Positions 50,151-58,980 of a DNA stretch of 64,000 bases are shown in pieces; position 1 is the first letter of the stretch; each line of letters opens with the position of its first letter. Location of the stretch: assembly GCA_016699385.1 (NCBI GenBank), contig CP064974.1, positions 67,242 to 131,241 on the forward strand, in the 5' to 3' direction. The translations under genes and the position numbers were made by a program. The notes under the pieces were generated by a model, which was not told where the DNA came from, did no database searches, and saw nothing but the letters and a program-made list of their open reading frames with translations. The DNA comes from Candidatus Moraniibacteriota bacterium. Lineage in GTDB: Bacteria > Patescibacteriota > Minisyncoccia > Moranbacterales > UBA1568.

Positions 50151-50996
50151 ATGAAGGTTTCTACGAAAATAATCGGTCTTGTTGTCTTGATTGTCGGTGT
50201 TGCGACGATCTTTCTTGCGATTGTGATTGGTGTAAACGGAAGACCTCTCGCGCGGGTCGCATTTCTCAATATAGGACAAGGCGATGCGATACTTATCTCG
50301 TATGGTTCGAATCAGCTGCTTATTGATACAGGGAATGATAGTCGTGCCCTTCTTTCTGAATTGGGGCGACAGCTCTCTCCGTGGGATCGGACGATTGAAA
50401 TGGTATTGCTCACGCATCCGGATCAGGATCATGTCGGAGCATTTCCCGATTTGGTGTCTCGGTACAAGGTGGGGATTCTCCTTTCGGCGGAACTTCCCAA
50501 CACATCGGCGATTGGGCGGGCTATTCGGAAAGAAGTTGATGCGCATGGTATTCGAAGGATTGAACCTCGTGCAGGCTTCACCATCACCTTTGCTTCCGAC
50601 ATGCAAATCGAGACGCTTTTCCCGGGGAGGGATTTTGTGTCGGATCCGAAGAATACCAATGCGTCGAGTATTGTTGAACTCCTCCGTGTTGGGAAGGACA
50701 CATTTCTTTTTACGGGCGATCTCCCTCGGGAGGAAACCGTGCTTCCTGCGGTTGATATTCGCGTGCTCAAAGTGGCGCATCATGGGTCGAAATATTCGAC
50801 CAGCGATTCGTTCCTCGATCGTATGACGCCGGAAGAAGCGGTCATCTCAGTTGGCAAGAATTCCTATGGACATCCGGCAGAGGATGTTCTGACTCGTCTC
50901 TCAAATCATGCTATTCGCACGTTTCGTACCGATGTGTCGGGGACGATTCTCTATACGTGTCCGGTCTTGCCAGATGCTTCTTGTCAATCGCCGTGA
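50151..50996 (+). CDS. ComEC C-terminal metallo-beta-lactamase domain protein (second half of the split ComEC).
   Basis: MBL motifs FLNIGQGDAILI, LLTHPDQDHVG and VAHHGS. It follows the competence-domain gene by 31 nt. Confidence 0.8.
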   Translation: MKVSTKIIGLVVLIVGVATIFLAIVIGVNGRPLARVAFLNIGQGDAILISYGSNQLLIDTGNDSRALLSELGRQLSPWDRTIEMVLLTHPDQDHVGAFPDLVSRYKVGILLSAELPNTSAIGRAIRKEVDAHGIRRIEPRAGFTITFASDMQIETLFPGRDFVSDPKNTNASSIVELLRVGKDTFLFTGDLPREETVLPAVDIRVLKVAHHGSKYSTSDSFLDRMTPEEAVISVGKNSYGHPAEDVLTRLSNHAIRTFRTDVSGTILYTCPVLPDASCQSP

Positions 50997-51053
50997 GTTG
51001 TCGCTTTGACGAAACCTCTGTGGCTCGCTATGCTGAAGAAAAAGAAAACATCT

Positions 51054-51254
51054 ATGAAATTCAAAATAAAACAAAATCCTCGGGAAGAATTTTTTTGGGA
51101 GTTGGTCGCAGGGAATGGGGAGTTGATTTGTGCGAGCGAAGCCTATCAATCCAAGGAGTCTGCTGTGAAAGCTATCAATTTGGTGAAATTGGAGTCTGGA
51201 CGGGCAGAGATTGTTGATACGACGGTTATCTTTCGCCGAGCATCTGGTGGATGA
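51054..51254 (+). CDS. YegP/DUF1508 (UPF0339) family small protein.
   Basis: MKFKIKQNPREEFFWELVAGNGELICASEAYQSKESAVKAINLVK fits the DUF1508 repeat. The ORF extends to a non-ATG start at 51006. Confidence 0.55.
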   Translation: MKFKIKQNPREEFFWELVAGNGELICASEAYQSKESAVKAINLVKLESGRAEIVDTTVIFRRASGG

Positions 51255-51288
51255 AACGCGAAGAGCATATTCTTATTGATTTGGTATT

Positions 51289-51996
51289 ATGTCGACACTG
51301 GTTTTTGATATAGAGACAATCGGAGAGGATTTCGATACGCTTGATGAAACGACACAGAAGGTGTTGACACGATGGATTCGTGAGGATTCATTTAGCGACC
51401 AAGAATACCAATCGGCGCTTGAGGATGTGAAAAATAGTCTTGGTTTTTCGCCTTTGACCGGCGAGATTGTGGCAATCGGTATGCTCGATGTCGAACGAGG
51501 GAAGTCGGCGGTCTACTTCCAAGCGCCAGGCGAATCAACAGAACCGTTCGAAGAGAATGGCGTTATGTATAAGCCGATGGAAGAAGGAGAGATGATTGGA
51601 GAATTTTGGCGCGTTGCTGAGAAATACGATTCGTTTGTCACCTTCAATGGGCGAGGTTTTGACGTGCCGTTTCTTATGATGCGGTCGGCGGTTCATCAGA
51701 TTCGCCCGACGCGCGACCTGCTCTCAAATCGCTATCTTCCACTTCAGCGTGGCGCAAAGCATATCGATCTCATGGATCAGATGACATTCTATGGAGCGAC
51801 ACGTCGCCGACCGAGTTTGCATCTTGCGTGTCGCGCCTTTGGTATCCCGACACCAAAGGGCGAGGGAATCGATGGGGATAGTGTCACGAGATTTTTTCGC
51901 GAGAAGCGATTCAAAGATATTGCTCGGTACAATGTCCGCGATATCGAAGCAACCGGCGCACTCTATGGCTATTGGGATCAGTATTTGCGATTTTGA
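51289..51996 (+). CDS. Predicted RNase-H-fold 3'-5' exonuclease (PolB-exonuclease-like, DEDD-type).
   Basis: Exo I-like FDIETIGED at the N-terminus; downstream FNGRGFDVPFL and a Y...D motif. Confidence 0.55.
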   Translation: MSTLVFDIETIGEDFDTLDETTQKVLTRWIREDSFSDQEYQSALEDVKNSLGFSPLTGEIVAIGMLDVERGKSAVYFQAPGESTEPFEENGVMYKPMEEGEMIGEFWRVAEKYDSFVTFNGRGFDVPFLMMRSAVHQIRPTRDLLSNRYLPLQRGAKHIDLMDQMTFYGATRRRPSLHLACRAFGIPTPKGEGIDGDSVTRFFREKRFKDIARYNVRDIEATGALYGYWDQYLRF

Positions 51997-52072
51997 GTCG
52001 GAGACATTACAGACGCTTGATTCTTTCTGATTTTTCGGGTACTCTTTCTCAATAAGCCATTTTGTATTTTGT

Positions 52073-52681
52073 ATGGGAAATGCACAAAAAGAACGAACGT
52101 TGGTGATTATGAAGCCGGATGCGGTGCAACGATCGCTCATGGGAGAAATTCTCGGACGGTATGAACGTAGTGGTCTCAAGCTCGTCGCCATGAAAATGCT
52201 TATCCCGACGCCAGAAATGGCAACGGAGCACTACATGGTAGGCGGTGAGGAATGGCTCGAAAATGTTGGCAAGAAAGCATCTGCAGCGTATGAAAAGAAG
52301 GGCGAGAAATCCCCGTACGCAACGTTTCGCGAGAATGGCATGGCGATTCTTACGTCAAATGCGACCTATCTTTCTGCTGGACCGGTGGTTGCGATGGTGT
52401 GGGAGGGCAATGGCTCCGTGGGTATTGTCCGGAAGTTGACTGGAGCGACCGAGCCCTTTGGAAGTGATGTGGGGACGATTCGCGGTGACTTCACCGTGGA
52501 TTCGTATCAGCTTGCCGATACAGGCAATCGTTCTATCCGCAACCTTATTCACGCCTCTGGTGATCCGTCAGAAGCCGAGAAGGAGATTCCTATTTGGTTT
52601 GCCGAAAAAGAGCTTCTTTCTTACCGACATGTTCAGGAAGCGATTCTCTACGATGTGAACTTGGATGGGATTTTGGAGTAG
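52073..52681 (+). CDS. ndk: Nucleoside diphosphate kinase, long form with an internal insertion.
   Basis: TLVIMKPDAVQRSLMGEILGRYERSGLKLVAMKML...TIRGDF...NLIHASGDPSEAEKEIPIWF, with a roughly 60-aa insertion relative to the 140-aa enzymes. Confidence 0.9.
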   Translation: MGNAQKERTLVIMKPDAVQRSLMGEILGRYERSGLKLVAMKMLIPTPEMATEHYMVGGEEWLENVGKKASAAYEKKGEKSPYATFRENGMAILTSNATYLSAGPVVAMVWEGNGSVGIVRKLTGATEPFGSDVGTIRGDFTVDSYQLADTGNRSIRNLIHASGDPSEAEKEIPIWFAEKELLSYRHVQEAILYDVNLDGILE

Positions 52682-52710
52682 TTGAGTAGTGCTCAGTTGT
52701 ACTTTGCGAG

Positions 52711-52742
52711 ACCGATTTGCTTCTTCTGCAAATCGGTTTTTG
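52711..52742 (+). terminator. Rho-independent terminator after ndk.
   Basis: accgatttgc-ttcttct-gcaaatcggt followed by ttttgt. Confidence 0.65.
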
Positions 52743-52868
52743 TATAGGCTGATATTTATTTTGTGCTTATTGACACAAAGGCTATGATGCGCCATAGTCT
52801 GTGGCAGAGGGAATGTTCTTTGCTGAGAGGGAAATCAAAAGTCTTTATACTCGAACGGGAGGTGTAAA

Positions 52869-53102
52869 ATGTTGCATCCGTTGAAATGTTTGCCACCGCC
52901 AGCAATCGTTGTTGCGGACGTATTGGACCTCTCCGCAGCTGTGGTCCGCGGAAATAGTGGAGAAATTATCAGGACGGGTTCAAAGTGCGCCCAAAATGGA
53001 TTCCGAATCTCTCTCGGTGTTTCGTATGCGTTTTTTTGCGCGGTTTCCGTTATAGCTGGTTCTGTCGGATTGGCTCCGGAAACCTCCTCCAGGGAAGAAT
53101 AA
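52869..53102 (+). CDS. Candidate small protein (77 aa); function unknown.
   Basis: Strong RBS gggagg 6 nt before the ATG. A 10-bp stem terminator at 53134..53168 lies just downstream. Confidence 0.3.
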   Translation: MLHPLKCLPPPAIVVADVLDLSAAVVRGNSGEIIRTGSKCAQNGFRISLGVSYAFFCAVSVIAGSVGLAPETSSREE

Positions 53103-53133
53103 TCGTTTGATTCAATATTTCGTGGAGTATCTG

Positions 53134-53168
53134 AGGCAAGTCTGGTGAGACTTGCCTTCTTCTTTTCC
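53134..53168 (+). terminator. Rho-independent terminator.
   Basis: aggcaagtct-ggtg-agacttgcct followed by a T-rich run (tcttcttttcc). Confidence 0.55.
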
Positions 53169-53416
53169 TGCTTGACAACTGTTTCCGCTCAGGAGTAAAC
53201 TCTCACCATGACAACAGCGACGAACAATGTAATGTGTGCGGCAGGGTGGGGTCTTCTTGACCTGCGTTTCTTTGTGGGCGTCATTGCACGCAAGAAGCAC
53301 ATATATTCGTCGGGGTTGTCCTAAAGGAGGAGAAAGAAGCAAAGGAAAAAACACCCGACGAAATAAGTCGGGATTTTTGTTGATTTAACAATAGAAAACA
53401 TGTGGAGATTTCATAA

Positions 53417-53592
53417 TGGCTACTACTGCAGAACGTAGCGGAAAGTCTGCTGGTGAAGGTAATTACTGCCAGAGAAAACAAAGACCTTATTTTGTGGGTA
53501 TGCCGGAGTCATTCGAAATGCCTCCTAGGAAAAGAGTTGTCGTAGTGGAAGATGGTGCTTCTCACACGAAACACGTTTTTGTCCAAAGATAA
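53417..53592 (+). CDS. Candidate small protein (58 aa); below the ORF-track length cut-off.
   Basis: ATG preceded by ggag; MATTAERSGKSAGEGNYCQRKQRPYFVGMPESFEMPPRKRVVVVEDGASHTKHVFVQR. A second small ORF follows directly. Confidence 0.3.
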
Positions 53593-53608
53593 TGAGGAGT
53601 AACTCGAT

Positions 53609-53818
53609 ATGCTATTTCTGAATGATTCTGGTCTTTCGGGTGCGGGTATTGTGCGTTTTGAGGAAGCTGTATTGGATGTGTCACTTCAGCTTCTGAATGT
53701 TGAAGAACGTTTAAGGGATCCACGTACTCCGGAACATGAAAAAGGGTGTCTTCGTCGAAAGAAACGGGATATTGAATTCAAAATGGTTCAATTTCAAAGT
53801 GGCATGAACAATATCTGA
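53609..53818 (+). CDS. Candidate small protein (69 aa).
   Basis: Strong RBS gaggag 8 nt upstream of the ATG. It is followed by the terminator at 53873..53905. Confidence 0.35.
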   Translation: MLFLNDSGLSGAGIVRFEEAVLDVSLQLLNVEERLRDPRTPEHEKGCLRRKKRDIEFKMVQFQSGMNNI

Positions 53819-53872
53819 CGGTAGGAACACGAAAACAGCCTCTTAAATTTGAGGATGTAAAGAATGTGAAGA

Positions 53873-53905
53873 AGGCGATGCAAACATCATCGCCTTTTGA
53901 TTTTT
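53873..53905 (+). terminator. Rho-independent terminator.
   Basis: aggcgatg-caaaca-tcatcgcct followed by tttgattttt. Confidence 0.6.
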
Positions 53906-53953
53906 CTTTGGGGGCGTGATAGGTTATGTGGGAAGTCGATATTGTCTGTATAT

Positions 53954-54024
53954 CGGGCTGTAGTATACCGGTAGTACGCGTCCATGGGGTGGATGTAGAC
54001 CGGGTTCAATTCCCGGCAGCCCGA
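53954..54024 (+). tRNA. tRNA-Pro (anticodon GGG).
   Basis: Manual fold. 7-bp acceptor stem cgggctg/cagcccg with a C1:G72 pair and A73 discriminator, both hallmarks of bacterial tRNA-Pro. U8. D-stem gtat/gtac. Anticodon stem cgtcc/ggatg with loop a-t-GGG-g-t (U33, G37). T-arm ccggg-ttcaatt-cccgg. CCA is not encoded. Confidence 0.7.
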
Positions 54025-54081
54025 CAGGAAAAAATCTCCCGAGAGGGGAGATTTTTTGGTGCCGAGAGTTGGAGAAAAATT

Positions 54082-54513
54082 CTATTTTTTCTGCTCTGCG
54101 AGGAGATCCCGTATTTCCGTGAGAAGAAGTTCTTGTTTGGAAGGTTTCGGTGATGCAGAGGGAGTGTCTTTTCCTGCTGGGCGGAGGCGGTTGAGTTGTT
54201 TGATGAAAATGAAGACGGCGAATGCAGTGAGAGCGAAGCCGATGATATTGGTCAAGAAGAGTCCGTAGTTGAGTGTCGGTGCACCAGCTTTCTGGGCGGC
54301 TTCGAGTGTCTGGTAGTGGGTGCTCGAGAGGTTCCAGTAGAGTTCGGAGAAGTTTACCTTGTTGAGGACGAGTCCCATGGGTGGCATAAGAATATCCGAC
54401 ACAAGGGAAGTGACAATTTTGCCGAAAGCGGTTCCGATAATGACGCCGACAGCGAGGTCGATGACATTTCCTTTGATAGCAAATGATTTGAATTCTGCAA
54501 TAAACGACGCCAT
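54082..54513 (-). CDS. mscL: Large-conductance mechanosensitive channel.
   Basis: [45 protein letters not shown] matches the MscL TM1 signature. Two TM helices. Confidence 0.9.
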   Translation of the reverse strand: MASFIAEFKSFAIKGNVIDLAVGVIIGTAFGKIVTSLVSDILMPPMGLVLNKVNFSELYWNLSSTHYQTLEAAQKAGAPTLNYGLFLTNIIGFALTAFAVFIFIKQLNRLRPAGKDTPSASPKPSKQELLLTEIRDLLAEQKK

Positions 54514-54538
54514 AGGACAGTCATTTCGTAGAAAGCGG

Positions 54539-54715
54539 CTATTTCTTGACCTTGGTAAGCGTGCGAATGGCTCGGGTGCTGAGTTTCACACGGACACCAC
54601 CAATCTTTTTGGACTGGAGGTTTATTTTGAACGTACGCCGGGTGGCGATATTCGAGTGACTTCGGGTGTTTCCGGAGGCGGTGCCGCGACCGGAGAAGGC
54701 GCATACTCTGCTCAT
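54539..54715 (-). CDS. rpmB: 50S ribosomal protein L28. Coordinates are hand-counted and may be off by 1 nt.
   Basis: 58-aa minus-strand [61 protein letters not shown], close to the E. coli L28 N-terminus [28 protein letters not shown].PNL. It is too short for the ORF track. Confidence 0.65.
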   Translation of the reverse strand: MSRVCAFSGRGTASGNTRSHSNIATRRTFKINLQSKKIGGVRVKLSTRAIRTLTKVKK

Positions 54716-54815
54716 AATTGATTCGTTAGGAAAAGTATGATAGAAAAGGTATCATAGCGTTGGCATTCCGTCAACTTGACGCTGCTCTCTCTCGAGCCTT
54801 TCATTTTAGCTCCAA

Positions 54816-55553
54816 TTGTTGCTTATGTCACCCCAAGAACTAGTGCTCGTTGGATTCTATCTCGTTATTCTCCTCTACACGGTCATCATGCATGAAGTGG
54901 CACATGGTGTTATTGCGCTCTGGCTTGGTGATAGGACGGCGCAGTATTCTGGACGATTGACGCTCAATCCGGTTTCTCACATCGACATCATGGGATCGAT
55001 TGTGGTGCCGCTCATGATGTTTTTTACGACGGGTCTCGCCTTTGGTTGGGCGAAGCCGGTGCCATACAATCCCTACAATCTCAAGAATCAGAAATGGGGA
55101 CCGGTTGCCGTTGCTTTTGCTGGACCGGGTTCGAACTTCTTGCTTGCATTTATCGCGGCAATTATTGCCCATGTTCTTCCGGTGAGCCTTGCTGAGCGAC
55201 AGGATATTTTTTCCCGGTTCTTTGGCATTATCGGGCGCGTGGGAGAGTGGTCGGATCGGTGGGGTGGTTTTGCAGATGCAATCGCCGGGTCGCTTCCAGG
55301 GATATTTCTCGGGTTTCTTCTCATGGTGATTTTCTGGAATGTGCTACTTGGGGTTTTTAATATGGTGCCTATTCCTCCACTCGACGGTTCGAAGCTCTTG
55401 TATCCGCTTTTGTCACTTCGCCCCGAGACGGTAATCTTCCTTGAGCAGTATGGATTTGTCTTTCTGCTTCTCGTCATTTTCTCGCCGCTCGGACTCTTGA
55501 TTCAATGGCCACTGGGCATATTTCTCGACTTCTTCCTTAGTATCGCAGCGTGA
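54816..55553 (+). CDS. M50-family (site-2-protease-like) intramembrane zinc metalloprotease.
   Basis: HEVAHG (HExxH) lies in a TM helix, followed by the [13 protein letters not shown] motif. More than 5 TM helices and no PDZ domain. Confidence 0.75.
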   Translation: MLLMSPQELVLVGFYLVILLYTVIMHEVAHGVIALWLGDRTAQYSGRLTLNPVSHIDIMGSIVVPLMMFFTTGLAFGWAKPVPYNPYNLKNQKWGPVAVAFAGPGSNFLLAFIAAIIAHVLPVSLAERQDIFSRFFGIIGRVGEWSDRWGGFADAIAGSLPGIFLGFLLMVIFWNVLLGVFNMVPIPPLDGSKLLYPLLSLRPETVIFLEQYGFVFLLLVIFSPLGLLIQWPLGIFLDFFLSIAA

Positions 55554-55613
55554 AGATTTGGGTGTGGAAGAAATATCATTTTGCTTGCCGGAAGAGAATA
55601 TTCGTAGTGGCTG

Positions 55614-55642
55614 TTGACAAGAGGGGAAACTTCCCGTACTAT
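55614..55642 (+). promoter_or_regulatory. Consensus-like sigma70 promoter (TTGACA, 17-nt spacer, TACTAT) for the rpsL-rpsG-fusA operon.
   Basis: ttgacaagaggggaaacttcccgtactat. The spacer/-10 region overlaps a 7-bp hairpin (cttcccg/cgggaag). Confidence 0.45.
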
Positions 55643-55720
55643 CGGGAAGCAAGCGAGTTGTCGCTTTTTTGTTCGTATTGCTCTCATATTTTCATCTATT
55701 TGTCTTTAAGTTTTACTCCT

Positions 55721-56137
55721 GTGCCGACACTGAATCAGCTGGTCCGCCGTCCGCGGGTCTCATCCTCCAAGAAGTCAAAGTCGCCTGCGTTCGGGTTTGT
55801 AATGAATACCCTCAAGAACCACCCGACCAATTCGACGGGTCCATACAAACGAGGGGTGTGTCTCAAGGTGTCGACGACGACACCGAAGAAGCCAAACTCC
55901 GCGCTTCGGAAAATTGCTCGCGTTCGCCTTACCAATGGTATGGAAGTGACTGCATATATTCCCGGTATCGGACACAATTTGCAGGAGCACTCCATTGTGA
56001 TGATTCGCGGTGGACGAGTGAAAGATCTTCCAGGTGTGCGCTATCACATTGTGCGCGGCGTACTTGATGCTTCGGGTGTTGCCGATCGGAAGCGCAGTCG
56101 CTCGAAGTATGGAGCAAAACGTCCGAAGGAAGCATAA
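55721..56137 (+). CDS. rpsL: 30S ribosomal protein S12, with an insertion of about 13 aa near the N-terminus and a probable GTG start.
   Basis: (V)[11 protein letters not shown]...[71 protein letters not shown] is near-identical to bacterial S12. The upstream part of ORF 55550 looks like non-coding leader. Confidence 0.9.
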   Translation: MPTLNQLVRRPRVSSSKKSKSPAFGFVMNTLKNHPTNSTGPYKRGVCLKVSTTTPKKPNSALRKIARVRLTNGMEVTAYIPGIGHNLQEHSIVMIRGGRVKDLPGVRYHIVRGVLDASGVADRKRSRSKYGAKRPKEA

Positions 56138-56263
56138 ACATCTCATACTTCTCCTCATCTCTTTTGCTAAATATATCGATAAGGTTTTTGCACGAAGTGA
56201 TGTTCGCTTTCTTGGAACATATTTTTATAAACCAGAGATTTACTCCTTGAATTTTTCTCGCTT

Positions 56264-56731
56264 ATGCCACGACGGAAACGACAATTTGATAAGACCTGGA
56301 AAGTTGATGCTCGCTATGGAAATCCATTAGTCGGGCATTTCATCGGTATGATTATGTGGGACGGTAAGAAAACCGTGGCAGAGCGGATTATTTACGATTC
56401 ATTCGAGATTATCCGCGAGCGAACCAAGAAGGGCGGACTCAATGTCTTCGAACAGGCAATCAAGAATGTTTCCCCACTCCTTGAACTCAAGAGCCGTCGC
56501 GTAGGAGGTGCCAACTATCAGGTGCCGATTCCAGTGTCCGGTGATCGCCGACAAATGCTCGCGATGCGTTGGCTTCGCGATGTGTGTCGCAAGAAAAAGG
56601 GCAAGCCGATGGCGGAGCGCTTCGCCGACGAATTTCTCGATGCTGCCAACAAAACCGGTCTTGCCATGAAGAAACGTGAAGATGTTCACCGCATGGCGGA
56701 AGCCAACAAAGCTTTTGCTCACTTCGCCTAA
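56264..56731 (+). CDS. rpsG: 30S ribosomal protein S7.
   Basis: MPRRKRQFDK...ANYQVPIPV...RWLRD matches the S7 family. Confidence 0.95.
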   Translation: MPRRKRQFDKTWKVDARYGNPLVGHFIGMIMWDGKKTVAERIIYDSFEIIRERTKKGGLNVFEQAIKNVSPLLELKSRRVGGANYQVPIPVSGDRRQMLAMRWLRDVCRKKKGKPMAERFADEFLDAANKTGLAMKKREDVHRMAEANKAFAHFA

Positions 56732-56792
56732 ACAATCTTCTCTCTTATAAATATCAACGAATGTATCTCTGAATCCTTAACATTCTCTTCGT

Positions 56793-58883
56793 ATGCCTCG
56801 CACGACACCGCTCAAAGACTATAGAAATATCGGAATTATTGCGCATATCGATGCAGGGAAGACAACCACTACCGAGCGCGTACTCTTCTATACGGGTATT
56901 ACGCACAAGATTGGTGAAGTTCATGAAGGTGAGGCAACAATGGACTGGATGGAGCAGGAGCGTGAGCGCGGTATTACGATTACGAGCGCGGCGACAACAT
57001 GCTATTGGAAGAAGCATCAGATTAATATCATCGATACGCCAGGACACGTCGATTTCACTGTTGAAGTGGAGCGGTCGCTTCGTGTGCTCGATGGAGGTGT
57101 TGTTGTTTTTGATGGCAAGGAAGGGGTTGAACCGCAATCGGAAACCGTGTGGCGACAGGCGGACAAGTACAGCGTGCCACGCATTTGTTTTATCAACAAA
57201 ATAGATAAAGAAGGGGCTGACTTCGAAGTAGCGCTCGCTTCTATCTGGAACCGACTGACACCAAATGCCGTCGCCATTCAATATCCGATTGGTGTTCGAT
57301 CGGACTTTTCCGGTATCGTGGACCTCATGGAAATGAAGGCGTACACGTTCGAGGGCGCTATGGGTGAGAAGATTGTTCCGATTGATATTCCGAGTGACAT
57401 GGCTGAGACGGTCAAAAAGTGGCGCGAAACCATGGTGGAGAAAATTTCCGAGACGGATGATATACTCATTGAAAAATTTTTGGGCGGTGAGGAGATTTCT
57501 GTTCCCGAACTCAAAGCGGCACTTCGAAAAGCAGTCATTTCAACGAAACTTATTCCCGTGCTTGTAGGAACAGCGTTGCGCAATAAGGGTGTGCAACTTG
57601 TTCTTGATGCAGTGGTGGACTATCTTCCTTCGCCTCTCGATATTCCTCCGGCGAAGGGAATCGACCCGAAGACTGGTGCAGAGATGGAAGTGAGAGTGGA
57701 AGACGGTGCCCCTTTTTCGGCGCTTGCTTTCAAGGTGGCGACAGACCCGTTCGTCGGACAACTCACCTTTTTCCGAGTGTACTCTGGTGTGGTGAAGGCG
57801 GGATCGTATGTGTTGAATTCTACCAAGGGTGAGAAAGAACGTATCGGGCGTATCTTGCAGATTCATGCGAATCATCGTGAAGAAATAGAGGAGCTCTATG
57901 CGGGTGGTATTGGTGCATTGGTTGGCATGAAGGCGACGACTACTGGCGATACGCTCTGTGATGCTGAGAGACCGGTAATCCTCGAGTCCATCACATTTCC
58001 AGAGCCGGTTATTGATATTGCGGTTGAGCCAAAGACCAAAGCAGACCAAGAAAAGATGGCACTTGCTCTCAAGAAGCTTGCCGAAGAAGATCCAACATTC
58101 CGTGTGCACACTGATGAAGAAAGTGGACAGACGATCCTTTCCGGTATGGGCGAATTGCATCTTGATATCATTGTCGACCGCATGCGCCGCGAGTTCAAGG
58201 TGGATGTGAATGTTGGTCGCCCGCAGGTTGCCTATCGTGAAACAATTAAGATGACAGCGGAAGCTGAGGGGAAATATATCAAACAATCCGGTGGTCGCGG
58301 ACAATATGGACACTGCTGGGTTCGTCTCGAACCTCAGGAAGCGGGGAAGGGCTATGAGTTTGCGAGTGAAGTAAAGGGTGGTGTTGTTCCGCAGGAATAT
58401 ATCAAGCCGATTGACAAGGGAATTCAAGAGGCCATGTTGAATGGTGTGCTTGCGGGCTATCCGGTCGTCGATGTAAAGGCAGTGGTGTACGATGGTTCCT
58501 CGCACGATGTCGACTCATCGGAAGCGGCGTTCAAGATTGCCGGTTCCCTCGCGTTCAAAGAAGCGATGCGTCGAGCGAAGCCGATTATTCTCGAACCAAT
58601 TATGAAGGTAGTGGTGATTACGCCGGAGGCATTTATGGGCGATGCGGTGGGTGATATCAATGCCAAGCGCGGTATTATCAAAGAAATGAATGATCGTGGA
58701 GAGGGCAATGCTCGTGTGAAAGAAATCAGTGCTGAGGTGCCACTCGCGTCAATGTTTGGCTATGCGACATCGTTGCGCTCTATGTCTCAGGGTCGCGCGA
58801 GTTCTTCGATGGAATTTAGTCACTATGCCGAGGTCCCTTCAAATGTCTCCCAAGAAATCATGGGCGGCGAGAAGAAGAAATAG
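56793..58883 (+). CDS. fusA: Elongation factor G.
   Basis: G-domain [19 protein letters not shown] and DTPGHVDF; full-length EF-G domains II-V. Confidence 0.97.
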   Translation: MPRTTPLKDYRNIGIIAHIDAGKTTTTERVLFYTGITHKIGEVHEGEATMDWMEQERERGITITSAATTCYWKKHQINIIDTPGHVDFTVEVERSLRVLDGGVVVFDGKEGVEPQSETVWRQADKYSVPRICFINKIDKEGADFEVALASIWNRLTPNAVAIQYPIGVRSDFSGIVDLMEMKAYTFEGAMGEKIVPIDIPSDMAETVKKWRETMVEKISETDDILIEKFLGGEEISVPELKAALRKAVISTKLIPVLVGTALRNKGVQLVLDAVVDYLPSPLDIPPAKGIDPKTGAEMEVRVEDGAPFSALAFKVATDPFVGQLTFFRVYSGVVKAGSYVLNSTKGEKERIGRILQIHANHREEIEELYAGGIGALVGMKATTTGDTLCDAERPVILESITFPEPVIDIAVEPKTKADQEKMALALKKLAEEDPTFRVHTDEESGQTILSGMGELHLDIIVDRMRREFKVDVNVGRPQVAYRETIKMTAEAEGKYIKQSGGRGQYGHCWVRLEPQEAGKGYEFASEVKGGVVPQEYIKPIDKGIQEAMLNGVLAGYPVVDVKAVVYDGSSHDVDSSEAAFKIAGSLAFKEAMRRAKPIILEPIMKVVVITPEAFMGDAVGDINAKRGIIKEMNDRGEGNARVKEISAEVPLASMFGYATSLRSMSQGRASSSMEFSHYAEVPSNVSQEIMGGEKKK

Positions 58884-58921
58884 GAAGAGCGTTCTGTATA
58901 CCTATCAAGTGTTTTGCAAAA

Positions 58922-58950
58922 AAATCCCGCTTTCTTGAGCGGGATTTTTG
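58922..58950. terminator. Bidirectional-looking rho-independent terminator after fusA.
   Basis: aaaaaa-atcccgct-ttcttg-agcgggat-ttttgt. Confidence 0.65.
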
Positions 58951-58980
58951 TAGCCGAAATACTTCCTTCTTTTTCAGTGC

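Noticed and set aside
54354-54704. A 116-aa minus-strand ORF overlapping mscL and the rpmB region.
   Set aside because: It is out of frame with and antisense to the well-supported mscL, and its N-terminus is a frameshifted read of the true L28 gene at 54539..54715.
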